DNA of 64,000 nucleotides. It comes from an uncultured delta proteobacterium (GTDB lineage: Bacteria > Myxococcota_A > Polyangia > Fen-1088). The notes beneath the pieces were generated by a model. It did not search any database and was not told the origin of the DNA. It was given only the letters and a program-made list of their open reading frames with translations. Both the position numbers and the translations under genes were made by a program. The DNA lies in contig CAWCMR010000025.1 in the NCBI GenBank assembly GCA_963796685.1, positions 1,056,001 to 1,120,000 on the forward strand, written 5' to 3'. Below, piece after piece: positions 8,970-17,632 of the stretch (position 1 is the stretch's first letter; every line of letters starts with the position of its first letter).

Positions 8970-9016
8970 AAAGCACCCCTTCTCCTCGGTCCGCCGAGGA
9001 GAAGCTCCCAGACCGT

Positions 9017-9045
9017 GTAGGGGCGGGTTTCAAACCCGCCCCTAC
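9017..9045. repeat. GTAG-type REP palindrome
   Basis: gtaggggcgggtttcaaacccgcccctac. Confidence 0.85.
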
Positions 9046-9263
9046 TTCGATCCCGACCAAACTGTGCCTCGGACCCAACACCGCCCAGGCGTTCAGCGGC
9101 GAAGCGCGATGCCCCGTGCCAGAATGGTATGTTGCGTACAATGACGTGCGCCAGCGCAATCCCCGCCAGAATCCTGAGAACCTTCTTGAAGTAAATAGTA
9201 TCCTACCTGCCCATACTCGTGAGGAAGACCGGTAGACAGAATTAGCCGAATCTCGAATCATCC

Positions 9264-10704
9264 ATGCGAACCGCTGGCGTTGCATTCGTCGTAGCTTGCC
9301 TGGTGTCAGGCCTCCTGACCCCTCTGGTGCGGCGCTTTGCCCTCAGGCACCGTCTGTTCGACGACCATGTCTCGGCGCGCAAGATCCACGGCAGGCCCAT
9401 CCCCCGCCTGGGTGGCCTGGCCATCGCCGCCGGCTTCTACGCCCCCTTGCTGGCCCTGTTGATCGAGGCCAGCGGCGTGGGCGGGCAGTTTTACGCAAGC
9501 TGGCACAAGGCCATCGCCTTCTTGCTCGGCGGAGCCGCGATCTGCGCGCTTGGCCTCTTCGACGACATCCGCGGCTCGGGCGCGGGCAGGAAGTTCCTGG
9601 TCCAGTTCGCCATCGCCGGCGCGCTGTATTACGCCGGGTTCAAGATCGACGTGCTGTCCCTGCCCTTCCTCGGCGGGGTCCATCTGGGCGCGCTCAGCCT
9701 GGTGTTCACCCTGCTGTGGATCGTCGGCGTGATCAACGCCATGAACCTCATCGACGGGCTCGATGGCTTGGCCGCCGGCGTGGGTCTGTTCGGGGTCGCC
9801 ACCACGTTCGTGATGGCAGCCTCGCGCGGCGACGCCATCATGATGCTGTTCATGGCCTGCCTGGGCGGCTCGCTGCTCGGCTTCCTGGTCTACAACTTCA
9901 ACCCCGCGTCGATCTTCATGGGCGACACCGGCTCGATGTTCATCGGTTACGTCCTTGCCATCGGGTCGATCCAGACCAGCCAAAAGTCGTCCACCGCCGT
10001 GGCCATCCTGATCCCCATCGTGGCCCTGGGCCTGCCCATCGCCGACACCCTGCTGGCCATGATCCGTCGCGCTGTCCGCCGCCGGCCCCTCTTCAGCGCC
10101 GACCGCTCGCACATCCATCACAAGTTGATCGACCTGGGTTTGACCCAGAAGCAAGCCGTGCTGATCCTGTACGGCGCCAGCATCCTGCTCGGCGGAACCG
10201 CCCTGCTGTTGACCGTCGCCAGCAGCCTGCAATCCGCGGCGATCCTGACGACCATGGCCGCGCTCGGCTTCGTGGCCATCCGAAAGCTGGGCTACGGCCA
10301 GCTCCGGCGCGCCGCCGCCTCGCAGGCCGACATCGATGCTCGCCGGCAGCTCGACCGCCTGGCCGGCGCCACCGACGAAGAGCGCATGTGGCTCGAAGCT
10401 CAAGGGTCTGGCCCAGGTCTTCGCGATGGCCGCGATCCGCCTCTCCCTCGTCTACCGCAACGAAAGCGACTCGGTCGCCATCCAGCGCGCGCACGGAAAC
10501 TGGGATGAGCCGGGGTGCCGTCCGGGAGCCTTCGATTTCGTGGCGGACTCGACCTCGGTCAGGGTCGAGCTCCTCTCCACCAGCGAGCCGAGCCCGGCAA
10601 CCATCGAAAACATGCGACAAGCCACCCACAGCGCTTGCACCAGAATCTTCGGCCGGGAGCAGGAAGCCCGGGTCGCCCGTAGCAAAGAACCCGCCGCCGT
10701 GTAG
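9264..10704 (+). CDS. wecA: WecA/MraY-like undecaprenyl-phosphate sugar-1-phosphate transferase (frameshift near 10397)
   Basis: RKIHGRPIPRLGGLAI, GLFDD, NAMNLIDGLDGLA, FNPASIFMGDTGS, DRSHIHHKL. C-terminus continues in ORF 10336-10704. Confidence 0.88.
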
Positions 10705-10730
10705 CCCACAACCTGCATTGGTCCGGCGTA
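10679..10730 (+). repeat. 52-bp direct repeat, copy 1 (overlaps wecA 3' end)
   Basis: Matches 14215-14266 with 3 mismatches. Confidence 0.9.
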
Positions 10731-10795
10731 GCGGGCACCTGACCATCCAGCCTGCTACCCTGGCATACGTACGAATATTGCGCTAGTGTACGTAC

Positions 10796-11026
10796 ATGGC
10801 CAAGCTGACTCTCAATGTGGACGCAAAGGTCGCGGCGCAGGCCAAGCGCTACGCAGCTCGTTGCAATACCTCGGTCTCGCGCATGGTCGAGCGCTATCTC
10901 GACCTGGTTGGCGAGCCGGTAAGGGCGCAAGAGGATGATCCTCCGGTGCTGCGCATGTTGCGTGGAGCAGCCAAGGGTCTCTCCCAGGACGAATACGGGC
11001 GTCATCTGCGAAAGAAATATCGGTGA
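10796..11026 (+). CDS. DUF6364-like RHH antitoxin
   Basis: KLTLNVD..AKRYA...SVSRMVERYL; overlaps the PIN gene start. Confidence 0.8.
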   Translation: MAKLTLNVDAKVAAQAKRYAARCNTSVSRMVERYLDLVGEPVRAQEDDPPVLRMLRGAAKGLSQDEYGRHLRKKYR

Positions 11027-11439
11027 AGCGACTGCTGCTCGACTTGAACATCCTGCTCGACGTGGTTCTGGATCGAGCCGAATCGGCCAGCGCGGCGAGC
11101 TTGTGGGCAGCCTTAGAACGGGGCAAAGGTCGGGGCTACGTTCCGGCGCATGGAGTAACGACCATCTACTATTTGGTTGCCCGCGCCCAAGGCGCCGCTT
11201 TCGCTCGACGCGCGACCGACGGAATCTTGCGGACCTTCTCGGTAGCACCTGTTGACGAGAAAGTTCTGCGACGAGCATTGGCCCTCGGTTTTCCCGATTT
11301 CGAGGACGCTGTCTGCGCGTCCGCCGCGGAATTCTGCCGTTGCGACGCCATCGTCACGCGCGACCCCAAGGGATTTGCGGAATCACCGGTTCGGGTCGTG
11401 GATTGCCCGGCCGCGCTCGCCTGGCTGACCGAAGTCTAA
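11023..11439 (+). CDS. PIN-domain toxin
   Basis: LLDLNILLDV..DFEDAV..IVTRDPKGF. Confidence 0.88.
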   Translation: MKRLLLDLNILLDVVLDRAESASAASLWAALERGKGRGYVPAHGVTTIYYLVARAQGAAFARRATDGILRTFSVAPVDEKVLRRALALGFPDFEDAVCASAAEFCRCDAIVTRDPKGFAESPVRVVDCPAALAWLTEV

Positions 11440-11490
11440 GGGCGGACCATCGCCTTTTGGGTCATACAGAGATGCAAGCTTGAGAGTCTT

Positions 11491-12056
11491 GTGGCGTCAT
11501 TCCCTGTCGTCGTGGTCAGCGGGGCAAGGCAGGTGGGCAAGACCACGCTGCTTAGGCACGTGTTTCCCGATCTCGACTATGTCGTCTTCGATGCGAGCCT
11601 CGATGTCGAGAACGCCCGTGCCGAGCCCGAGCTGTTTCTGGTGTGTCCTCGAAGCCCAAGGGCTATCTGGCCGACTCCGGCTTCGCGTGCTACCACGCGC
11701 ACCTCGGAAGCCCCGGCGCGCTCGGTGGCCATCCCTTGGCAGGAGCCTTGTTCGAAACCGCCATGGTGAACGAGATCCGCAAGCGCGCATCGCTGCTGGC
11801 CGGCAGCACGGCATTCTGGCACTGGCGGTCGGCAGGCGGCGCGGAGGTCAATCTGCTGCTCGACCGAGACGGCATCCTCTACCCCTTTGAAATCAAGCTG
11901 ACCGCCAACCCCTCCCGCCACGACACCTCGGACCTGGCCGCATTCCGCCGGTCCTATCCCGAGGTGCGAATCGGCAAGGGCGCCATTCTCTGCAGTGTCG
12001 AGCGCCCCTTCTGGGTGACCGAGGACGTGGCCGCGCTGCCCTGGAACCTCATCTGA
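11491..12056 (+). pseudogene. AAA/DUF4143 ATPase with large internal deletion
   Basis: Walker A GARQVGKTT fragment joined out of frame to KPKGYLADSG..GALFET..EV..EIK C-terminus. Confidence 0.8.
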
Positions 12057-12074
12057 GCTGTGGATCGTCGGCGC

Positions 12075-12105
12075 GTAGGGGCGGGCTTCAAACCCGCGCC
12101 CCTAC
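12075..12105. repeat. GTAG-type REP palindrome
   Basis: gtaggggcgggcttcaaacccgcgcccctac. Confidence 0.8.
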
Positions 12106-12177
12106 ATTCTCCAAGGCTCGAAGTTATCGGCGAAGGGCCGGTGTGAAACATGTTATCGCCCATGGTACGCTTGCCCG

Positions 12178-12432
12178 ATGACCTCGATGACGGTGCGTGA
12201 CATACGACTGCACTGGCCCAAGGCCGAGAAGGCTCTGGCTGAGGGCGAGGAGATCCTCATCACCCGCGATTCCAAGCCGGTGGCTCGGCTGCTGCCCCTG
12301 GTGCCGGGCGCGGGACAGAAGCGGCAACGATTCGACCCCATCGCCCACGCGCGACGAATGCAACGATTCTGGAAGAACCGGCCCTCCCAGCCCTCGACCG
12401 ATGTGCTCCTGGCCAAGGACCGCGACGAGTAG
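12178..12432 (+). CDS. Phd/YefM family antitoxin
   Basis: Near-identical to 7570-7824; directly upstream of intact VapC. Confidence 0.87.
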   Translation: MTSMTVRDIRLHWPKAEKALAEGEEILITRDSKPVARLLPLVPGAGQKRQRFDPIAHARRMQRFWKNRPSQPSTDVLLAKDRDE

Positions 12433-12444
12433 GACGCCGAGGAA

Positions 12445-12879
12445 ATGGGTCTGTACCTCGACACGAGCTGCCTTCTGAAGCTGTTCTTTCCCGAGCCCGA
12501 AAGCACCACCGTGGCCTCGCAGGTCGCCGCGGAAGAGCATGTCGTCGTTTCCACGTTGGCGCGCCTCGAGTTGCGGGTGCAGATCCAAGGTCGGGTCGCC
12601 GGTGGCACGCTCTCGGCCAAGTCCGCGACCGCGCTCTTGTCCGTAGTCGACCGAACGCTTGCGGAGTCTCCCTACGAAATCGCGGAGACACCCAGCAATG
12701 TCTACTCGGTCGCAGCCGCGCAACTCCTGCCCCTGGGCCGCTCCGTGCATTGCAGGACCCTGGATCGGCTGCACCTAGCAGCCATGGAAGCCCTGGGCCT
12801 GCGGCGTCTGCTCACCAACGATGAGATCCAAGGCCGGGCGGCGAAAGCCCGCGGATTCGAGGTACTACTGCCTCGTTGA
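12445..12879 (+). CDS. VapC/PIN toxin
   Basis: YLDTSCLLK..E..RTLDRLHLAA..LLTND. Confidence 0.88.
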   Translation: MGLYLDTSCLLKLFFPEPESTTVASQVAAEEHVVVSTLARLELRVQIQGRVAGGTLSAKSATALLSVVDRTLAESPYEIAETPSNVYSVAAAQLLPLGRSVHCRTLDRLHLAAMEALGLRRLLTNDEIQGRAAKARGFEVLLPR

Positions 12880-12889
12880 CTCCACGGCC

Positions 12890-13015
12890 TGCCATCCAGT
12901 TCCGAATGGAGCAGGCGGGGCTGACCCTAAACGACCTTACCGATATCATCGGAACCCGAGCGCGCGTCTCCGAAGTGCTCCATCGCCGCACGCCCCGGAC
13001 CATCGCCATGATCCC
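12890..13015 (+). pseudogene. HigA-like HTH antitoxin fragment
   Basis: AIQFRMEQAGLT..DL..IIGTRARVSEVL.RR...TIAMI. Confidence 0.7.
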
Positions 13016-13150
13016 CGCCCAGCACGTGCGTGCGGTGAGAGGCACACGAGAGCTTCTCCACCTTCCGTCGCTTCCTTGGGTTGCTCGCCGACCCGCGCGG
13101 GACAAGTACTCAACAAGACGGACCGTGAGGGCCCCAAGTTGGTCCTTCGG

Positions 13151-13735
13151 CTACGGGCTCGGCGCTGCGGGAGCGTCCCACAAGGCACCGATATCAATGG
13201 CCACGGCCTCGAATGGCGGCACCCGCTTTTCGCCCTCACCGCCGAAGGTTCCGGCAACCACCAAGTCCTGCCCTGATAGCTTCAGGACCTCGATGGTGCG
13301 CGAGGCAGGGTCCACGAACCACAGCCAGGGGACACCGTGATCGCGATAGATGTCCTGCTTGCTTGTGCGATCAAGGACGGCGGTGGACGGTGAAAGGACC
13401 TCGCAAATCCAGTCCGGGCGAAGCTCGAACCACGCCGTGCTCGGGGCCTGCGGCATACGTTCGCGCAGCCAGCCGGCCAAGTCCGGGACGAGGATCTGTT
13501 CGCCCAGATGCAGCTCGGACTCGTCGATGATGAGCCAGCCACCCGGCCCGCCGCGACGACGACCGAACGCCCCACCTATCTCGACACCGAGATACGACGT
13601 CGCGATGGCGTGCGGCGGCCCGGGTCGCGGCGAAACGACCAAGTCTCCGTCGATGATTTGGCCGATCACGTTGACCGGCAACTCGAACAAATCCGCGTAA
13701 GTTGCCGGCCGCTTCTTGGGCAGTGCGAATGCCAT
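13151..13735 (-). CDS. Uma2 family endonuclease
   Basis: Same motifs as, and clearly paralogous to, 1090-1680. Confidence 0.9.
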   Translation of the reverse strand: MAFALPKKRPATYADLFELPVNVIGQIIDGDLVVSPRPGPPHAIATSYLGVEIGGAFGRRRGGPGGWLIIDESELHLGEQILVPDLAGWLRERMPQAPSTAWFELRPDWICEVLSPSTAVLDRTSKQDIYRDHGVPWLWFVDPASRTIEVLKLSGQDLVVAGTFGGEGEKRVPPFEAVAIDIGALWDAPAAPSP

Positions 13736-13741
13736 CGCACC

Positions 13742-13993
13742 CTAGAGCACCGAACGGGTTGAAAGTGCAGAGAATTCAAGAAGTTGCTACGCACGTGCCC
13801 CCTCCAATCCCCTCGCCCCGCGCAGCGGGGAGAGGGTTAGGGTGAGGGGCCAGCGCACCCTCTCGCATGGCCGAACCCCTCACCCGACGCGCTTCGCGCG
13901 TCGACCTCTCCCCGCTTCGCGGGGCGAGGTGAATTTTCCGAGCACTCGCAAGCTCTCGATTCTGCGCAGCATTCAACCCGTTCGGTGCTCTAG
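13742..13993. mobile_element. MITE with IS1182-type ends carrying two BoxC-like palindromes
   Basis: ctagagcaccgaacgggttgaa ... ttcaacccgttcggtgctctag inverted ends, same as the IS at 21629-22285. Internal palindromes at about 13809-13849 and 13876-13928. Confidence 0.8.
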
Positions 13994-14136
13994 GGTAGCA
14001 CGCCTTGTGCCCCCGGCGCCTTCCGCCACCCCTCCATCATGAGGAGTCCGGCGAGGCACAGTCTTACGCTGCCTTGCGTTCGACTTGTCCCTATCCTCCG
14101 AGCCATTTCCGAAATTGAGACGTGACCCTGCGCGGC

Positions 14137-14214
14137 TCCGAAGTGCTCAATCGCCGCAGGCCCCTGACCATCGCCATGATCGTCCGGTTGCGCCAGCAGC
14201 TGGGCATCTCGGCA
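14137..14214 (+). pseudogene. Second HigA-like fragment
   Basis: SEVLNRRRPLTIAMIVRLRQQLGISA, truncated by the 52-bp repeat. Confidence 0.6.
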
Positions 14215-14266
14215 GTAGCAAAGAACCCGCCGCCGTGTAGCCCACAACCTGTATTGGCCCGGTGTA
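14215..14266 (+). repeat. 52-bp direct repeat, copy 2
   Basis: gtagcaaagaacccgccgccgtgtagcccacaacctg identical to 10679-10715. Confidence 0.9.
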
Positions 14267-14290
14267 CCCGCCCACTTCTCGCGGATTCCC

Positions 14291-14952
14291 TTGCCATGCC
14301 CGCGCCGCAGACTGACGCGACGAGATGTGCGGCTTCCAAAAGTCGCGGGCAAGGCCAAGGCGGTCATCGGTCCCCGGCGAGGCGGCAAGACAACCTTTCT
14401 GTGGCAGGTGTTGGCCGAACGCGTGGCCGCGGGCGTACCGCGTTCTCACCTCCTCTACTTCAACTTCACCGACCACGGTCGCCAAGCGATGGACGAAGGG
14501 GGAGCGACCGGTTCTGGACAAGGCCCTGCACGCCTATCTGACGGGCGGCGGCTTTCCCGAAGCACAGAGCATCGATGCTCGTGATCGCTTCGAGCTCCTG
14601 CGTGGCCACATGGACACCGCTCTCTTTCGCGATGTGGTCGAACGGCACGCGGTCTCGCACCCGGCCGCTTTACGCTGGCTGGTTCGGCACCAAGAACACC
14701 TTGCACGCCTACCTCGCACATCTTGAAGATGCGTTCCTGGTTCGCGCTGTCCCTATCGCGACCGATTCGGAACGTCGGCGCATGGTCAACCCACGCAAGG
14801 CCTACCCGATCGATCCGGGCCTGATTCCCGCCCCTATCGAGTATCCAAGGGCGAGCCGGACCATCATCACGCTCGCAAGCGAAACGGTGCACGACAGGCC
14901 GGCGGGCATCCAAATCCTCCCGGCCGCTGACTGGCTCCTGACGGTCGAGTAG
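14291..14952 (+). pseudogene. AAA/DUF4143 ATPase, multiply deleted
   Basis: GPRRGGKTT, YLTGGGFPEA, RDVVERH, NPRKAYPIDPGL segments in different frames, total far shorter than a full gene. Confidence 0.8.
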
Positions 14953-15078
14953 CCCGGCCCACCCAGCGGCCACATCGCCTCGCCCCGCGACGTGGAGCAG
15001 CCCTGCCCATCGCCGACACCTTGCCGGACATGCTTCGTCGCGCCGTCCGCCGCCGGCCCAGGGCTAGCGCGCCATTCC

Positions 15079-15399
15079 CTACGGAGCCACCTCTCCGATC
15101 CCTTCGTCGCCTGCGTTTCCAGAACGCGGGCCCACTCGCGAAAGCGCATAGCGCACGGTCGCCGCAGCGGCCAGCACGAACACTGCGATAATCAGTGCGC
15201 TTTCTAGTCGCTTCTTGTGCCTCCGTAACCGACTGCGTGAAAAGCGGAGGCCGCGCCAACCGCATTGCGTCGTGCAACGGTACCCGCGCAGAAAAAGCAG
15301 GCGGGTCAGGGCGCCGGCAATTCCGGAATGCTCGTCGCAAGCCAGGAGCGAACCGCAGAGCGGACACACGTGACGCCTATGGACTGACGGTTGTGCCAT
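15079..15399 (-). CDS. Small putative Zn-ribbon membrane protein
   Basis: CPLCG...YRCTTQCGWRG followed by a basic stretch and one TM helix; divergent from wzc. Confidence 0.5.
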   Translation of the reverse strand: MAQPSVHRRHVCPLCGSLLACDEHSGIAGALTRLLFLRGYRCTTQCGWRGLRFSRSRLRRHKKRLESALIIAVFVLAAAATVRYALSRVGPRSGNAGDEGIGEVAP

Positions 15400-15488
15400 T
15401 CGAGGCAAAAGCTAGCACCAATCCTTGCCCAGGCGAAGTCCGCCCCATCATTGCGTGTGTGCCGTTTTAAGGCTAGCGTCGACCCTGC

Positions 15489-17630
15489 ATGGAGTCCGCA
15501 CCCGTCCCACCATCCAAGATCTCAGGGCCTGCCCGGGAGCTGCAACACTATCTCGACGTTCTGCGCAAGAGGTGGCGGGTCGTGACCACGGTCATCGTCG
15601 TCAGCTTGGCCGTGGCCTTCGTCCTCACCATCCGTATGCCCAAGACCTACGAGGCCACTTGCTCGCTGGTTATCGAATCCACCGCGCCGCAGGTGCTTGA
15701 GGGTGTCAAAGAGGTCATCGAGATGGCCGCCGCTACGCGCGAGTTCTACACCACCCAGTACCGTATCATCCGTTCGCACGAGGTCGCCCAACAGGTCATC
15801 GATCGATTAGGTCTGGCAAGCGATGCCAGCTATTTCGGTTCCGTCGACCCCTCCAAACCGGCCAACCGTGACTTCATGGTGGAGCAGCTGCTAAAGAAAG
15901 TGAAGGTCTTGGGCGTGCGAGAATCACACATCGCCAACATTCAGGTTAGCGACGTGGATCCCGAACGCGCCACGCGCATCGCCAATGCCTTTGCCGACAC
16001 CTATATCGAACAGAACCTCGATTTCAAGCTCGAGGGAGCCCGCTCGGCAGGAACTTGGCTGGGCGAACAGACCGTGGACCTGCGCAAGAAGCTCGAGAGC
16101 TCCGAAATGGAACTGTACAAGTTCCGCAAGGAGCGCAACCTGCTGGACGTTGGCCTGGACGACAAAATGGGAATGACCCGCCAGAACCTGCAAAGCCTCA
16201 ACAGCAAGATCACGGACGTCAAGGCCAAGCGCATCGAGCTTGAATCCATTCGCAAGCTGATCCTTGCCGCGAAGAACAACATCAAGGAGCAGGAGAGTCT
16301 GCCAGAGATCCGCGACAATCCGGTGGTACAGAAGCTGCGAGAGAACTATCTGGACCTGCTGAAGACCAAGGCGGACTTGGAATCCCGTTACGGCGAAAGG
16401 CACCCCAAGATCGAGACCGTCGAGCACGAGCTGGCCGCGACCCAGCACGACTACGCCACCGAGCTGGACAATGTTCTGCGCGCCTTCGACAAGCGCTACC
16501 AGGCCTTGGTCGAGACCGAAGATTCCCTACTGAAGTGGATGGCTCACGAGAAGCAACAGGCGCTAGAGCTTGCCAAGCTGGAAACCGAATACCGCCCCTT
16601 GGCTCGAGATGCCGAGAACGACGCCAAAGTCTATTCGCAGATCAACCAGCGCCAAAAAGAGATCAACTTGACGGGGATGCTCAAGGCCAACAATGTCCGC
16701 ATTCTGGATCGCGCCACCCCACCCCGCACTCCGGTCTTTCCACTCTTGCGTGTAAACCTGCCGGTGGGCGCGGTCGCGGGACTAATCTTCGGTCTTCTGC
16801 TCGCGTTCACCATCGAGGCCCTGGACAACACGATCAAGAGCCCCGAGGCCGCCGAGGAAATGGTGGGCGCACCTCTTTTGGGCGTCGTTCCCATGCTCTC
16901 GCAATCGCGGCAGCACTTGCCGACCGACGCCCCCGAGCGGGACCTGGCTGTTTTCAAGGATCCCTCGTCGTTGGCCGCCGAAGCCTGTCGGTCCATTCGA
17001 ACGAACATGCTATTCATCGCGGCGCAGAAGGAGTTCTCGCTTTTCTCGGTCACCAGTCCTGGCCCCCAAGACGGTAAGACCACGGTGGCCATCAACCTGG
17101 CGGTCACCATGGCCCAGGCCGGAGGGAAAATCCTGCTCATCGACACGGACATGCGCAGACCGCGCATCCACAGATCCTTCGGTCTAAAATCCGACAAGGG
17201 AATATCCAGTGTTATCGCTGGCGACACTCCATTGAAGGACGCTATTTCCAAATCGGAGGTCCCCAGCCTCGATGTCCTGCCCTGCGGTCCCATGCCCCCG
17301 AATCCGGCAGAGCTCCTGCACACAGAGCGTTTTCGGCAGATTCTTGCCGAGTGCCGCAGCAGCTACGATCGAGTTATTCTGGATTCTCCCCCCATCGGAC
17401 CAGTCACCGACCCGGCCATCATCGGCGGCGTAACCGACGGTGTGGTGTTGGTCCTACGCGCTGGCCACACCACGCGTGAGGCTACCCAGTTCGCGCGTCG
17501 TCAACTCGGGGACGCGGGCGCACGCATCTTGGGTCTGGTGATCAACCAGACCGACCGTAAAGGCGGCAGGTATGGCTATGGGTACTCGTACTACTCCCAG
17601 TATGGACGTTACTACCGGACGGCCACGTAG
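15489..17630 (+). CDS. wzc: Polysaccharide co-polymerase / tyrosine autokinase
   Basis: Two TM, coiled-coil, YGERHP, EACRSIRTN, Walker GPQDGKTT, LIDTDMRRP, Tyr-rich tail. Confidence 0.95.
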   Translation: MESAPVPPSKISGPARELQHYLDVLRKRWRVVTTVIVVSLAVAFVLTIRMPKTYEATCSLVIESTAPQVLEGVKEVIEMAAATREFYTTQYRIIRSHEVAQQVIDRLGLASDASYFGSVDPSKPANRDFMVEQLLKKVKVLGVRESHIANIQVSDVDPERATRIANAFADTYIEQNLDFKLEGARSAGTWLGEQTVDLRKKLESSEMELYKFRKERNLLDVGLDDKMGMTRQNLQSLNSKITDVKAKRIELESIRKLILAAKNNIKEQESLPEIRDNPVVQKLRENYLDLLKTKADLESRYGERHPKIETVEHELAATQHDYATELDNVLRAFDKRYQALVETEDSLLKWMAHEKQQALELAKLETEYRPLARDAENDAKVYSQINQRQKEINLTGMLKANNVRILDRATPPRTPVFPLLRVNLPVGAVAGLIFGLLLAFTIEALDNTIKSPEAAEEMVGAPLLGVVPMLSQSRQHLPTDAPERDLAVFKDPSSLAAEACRSIRTNMLFIAAQKEFSLFSVTSPGPQDGKTTVAINLAVTMAQAGGKILLIDTDMRRPRIHRSFGLKSDKGISSVIAGDTPLKDAISKSEVPSLDVLPCGPMPPNPAELLHTERFRQILAECRSSYDRVILDSPPIGPVTDPAIIGGVTDGVVLVLRAGHTTREATQFARRQLGDAGARILGLVINQTDRKGGRYGYGYSYYSQYGRYYRTAT

Positions 17631-17632
17631 CA

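Noticed and set aside
7432-15000. Integron cassette array
   Set aside because: No IntI, no recognisable attC (RYYYAAC...GTTRRRY) pattern between genes, and mixed orientations.
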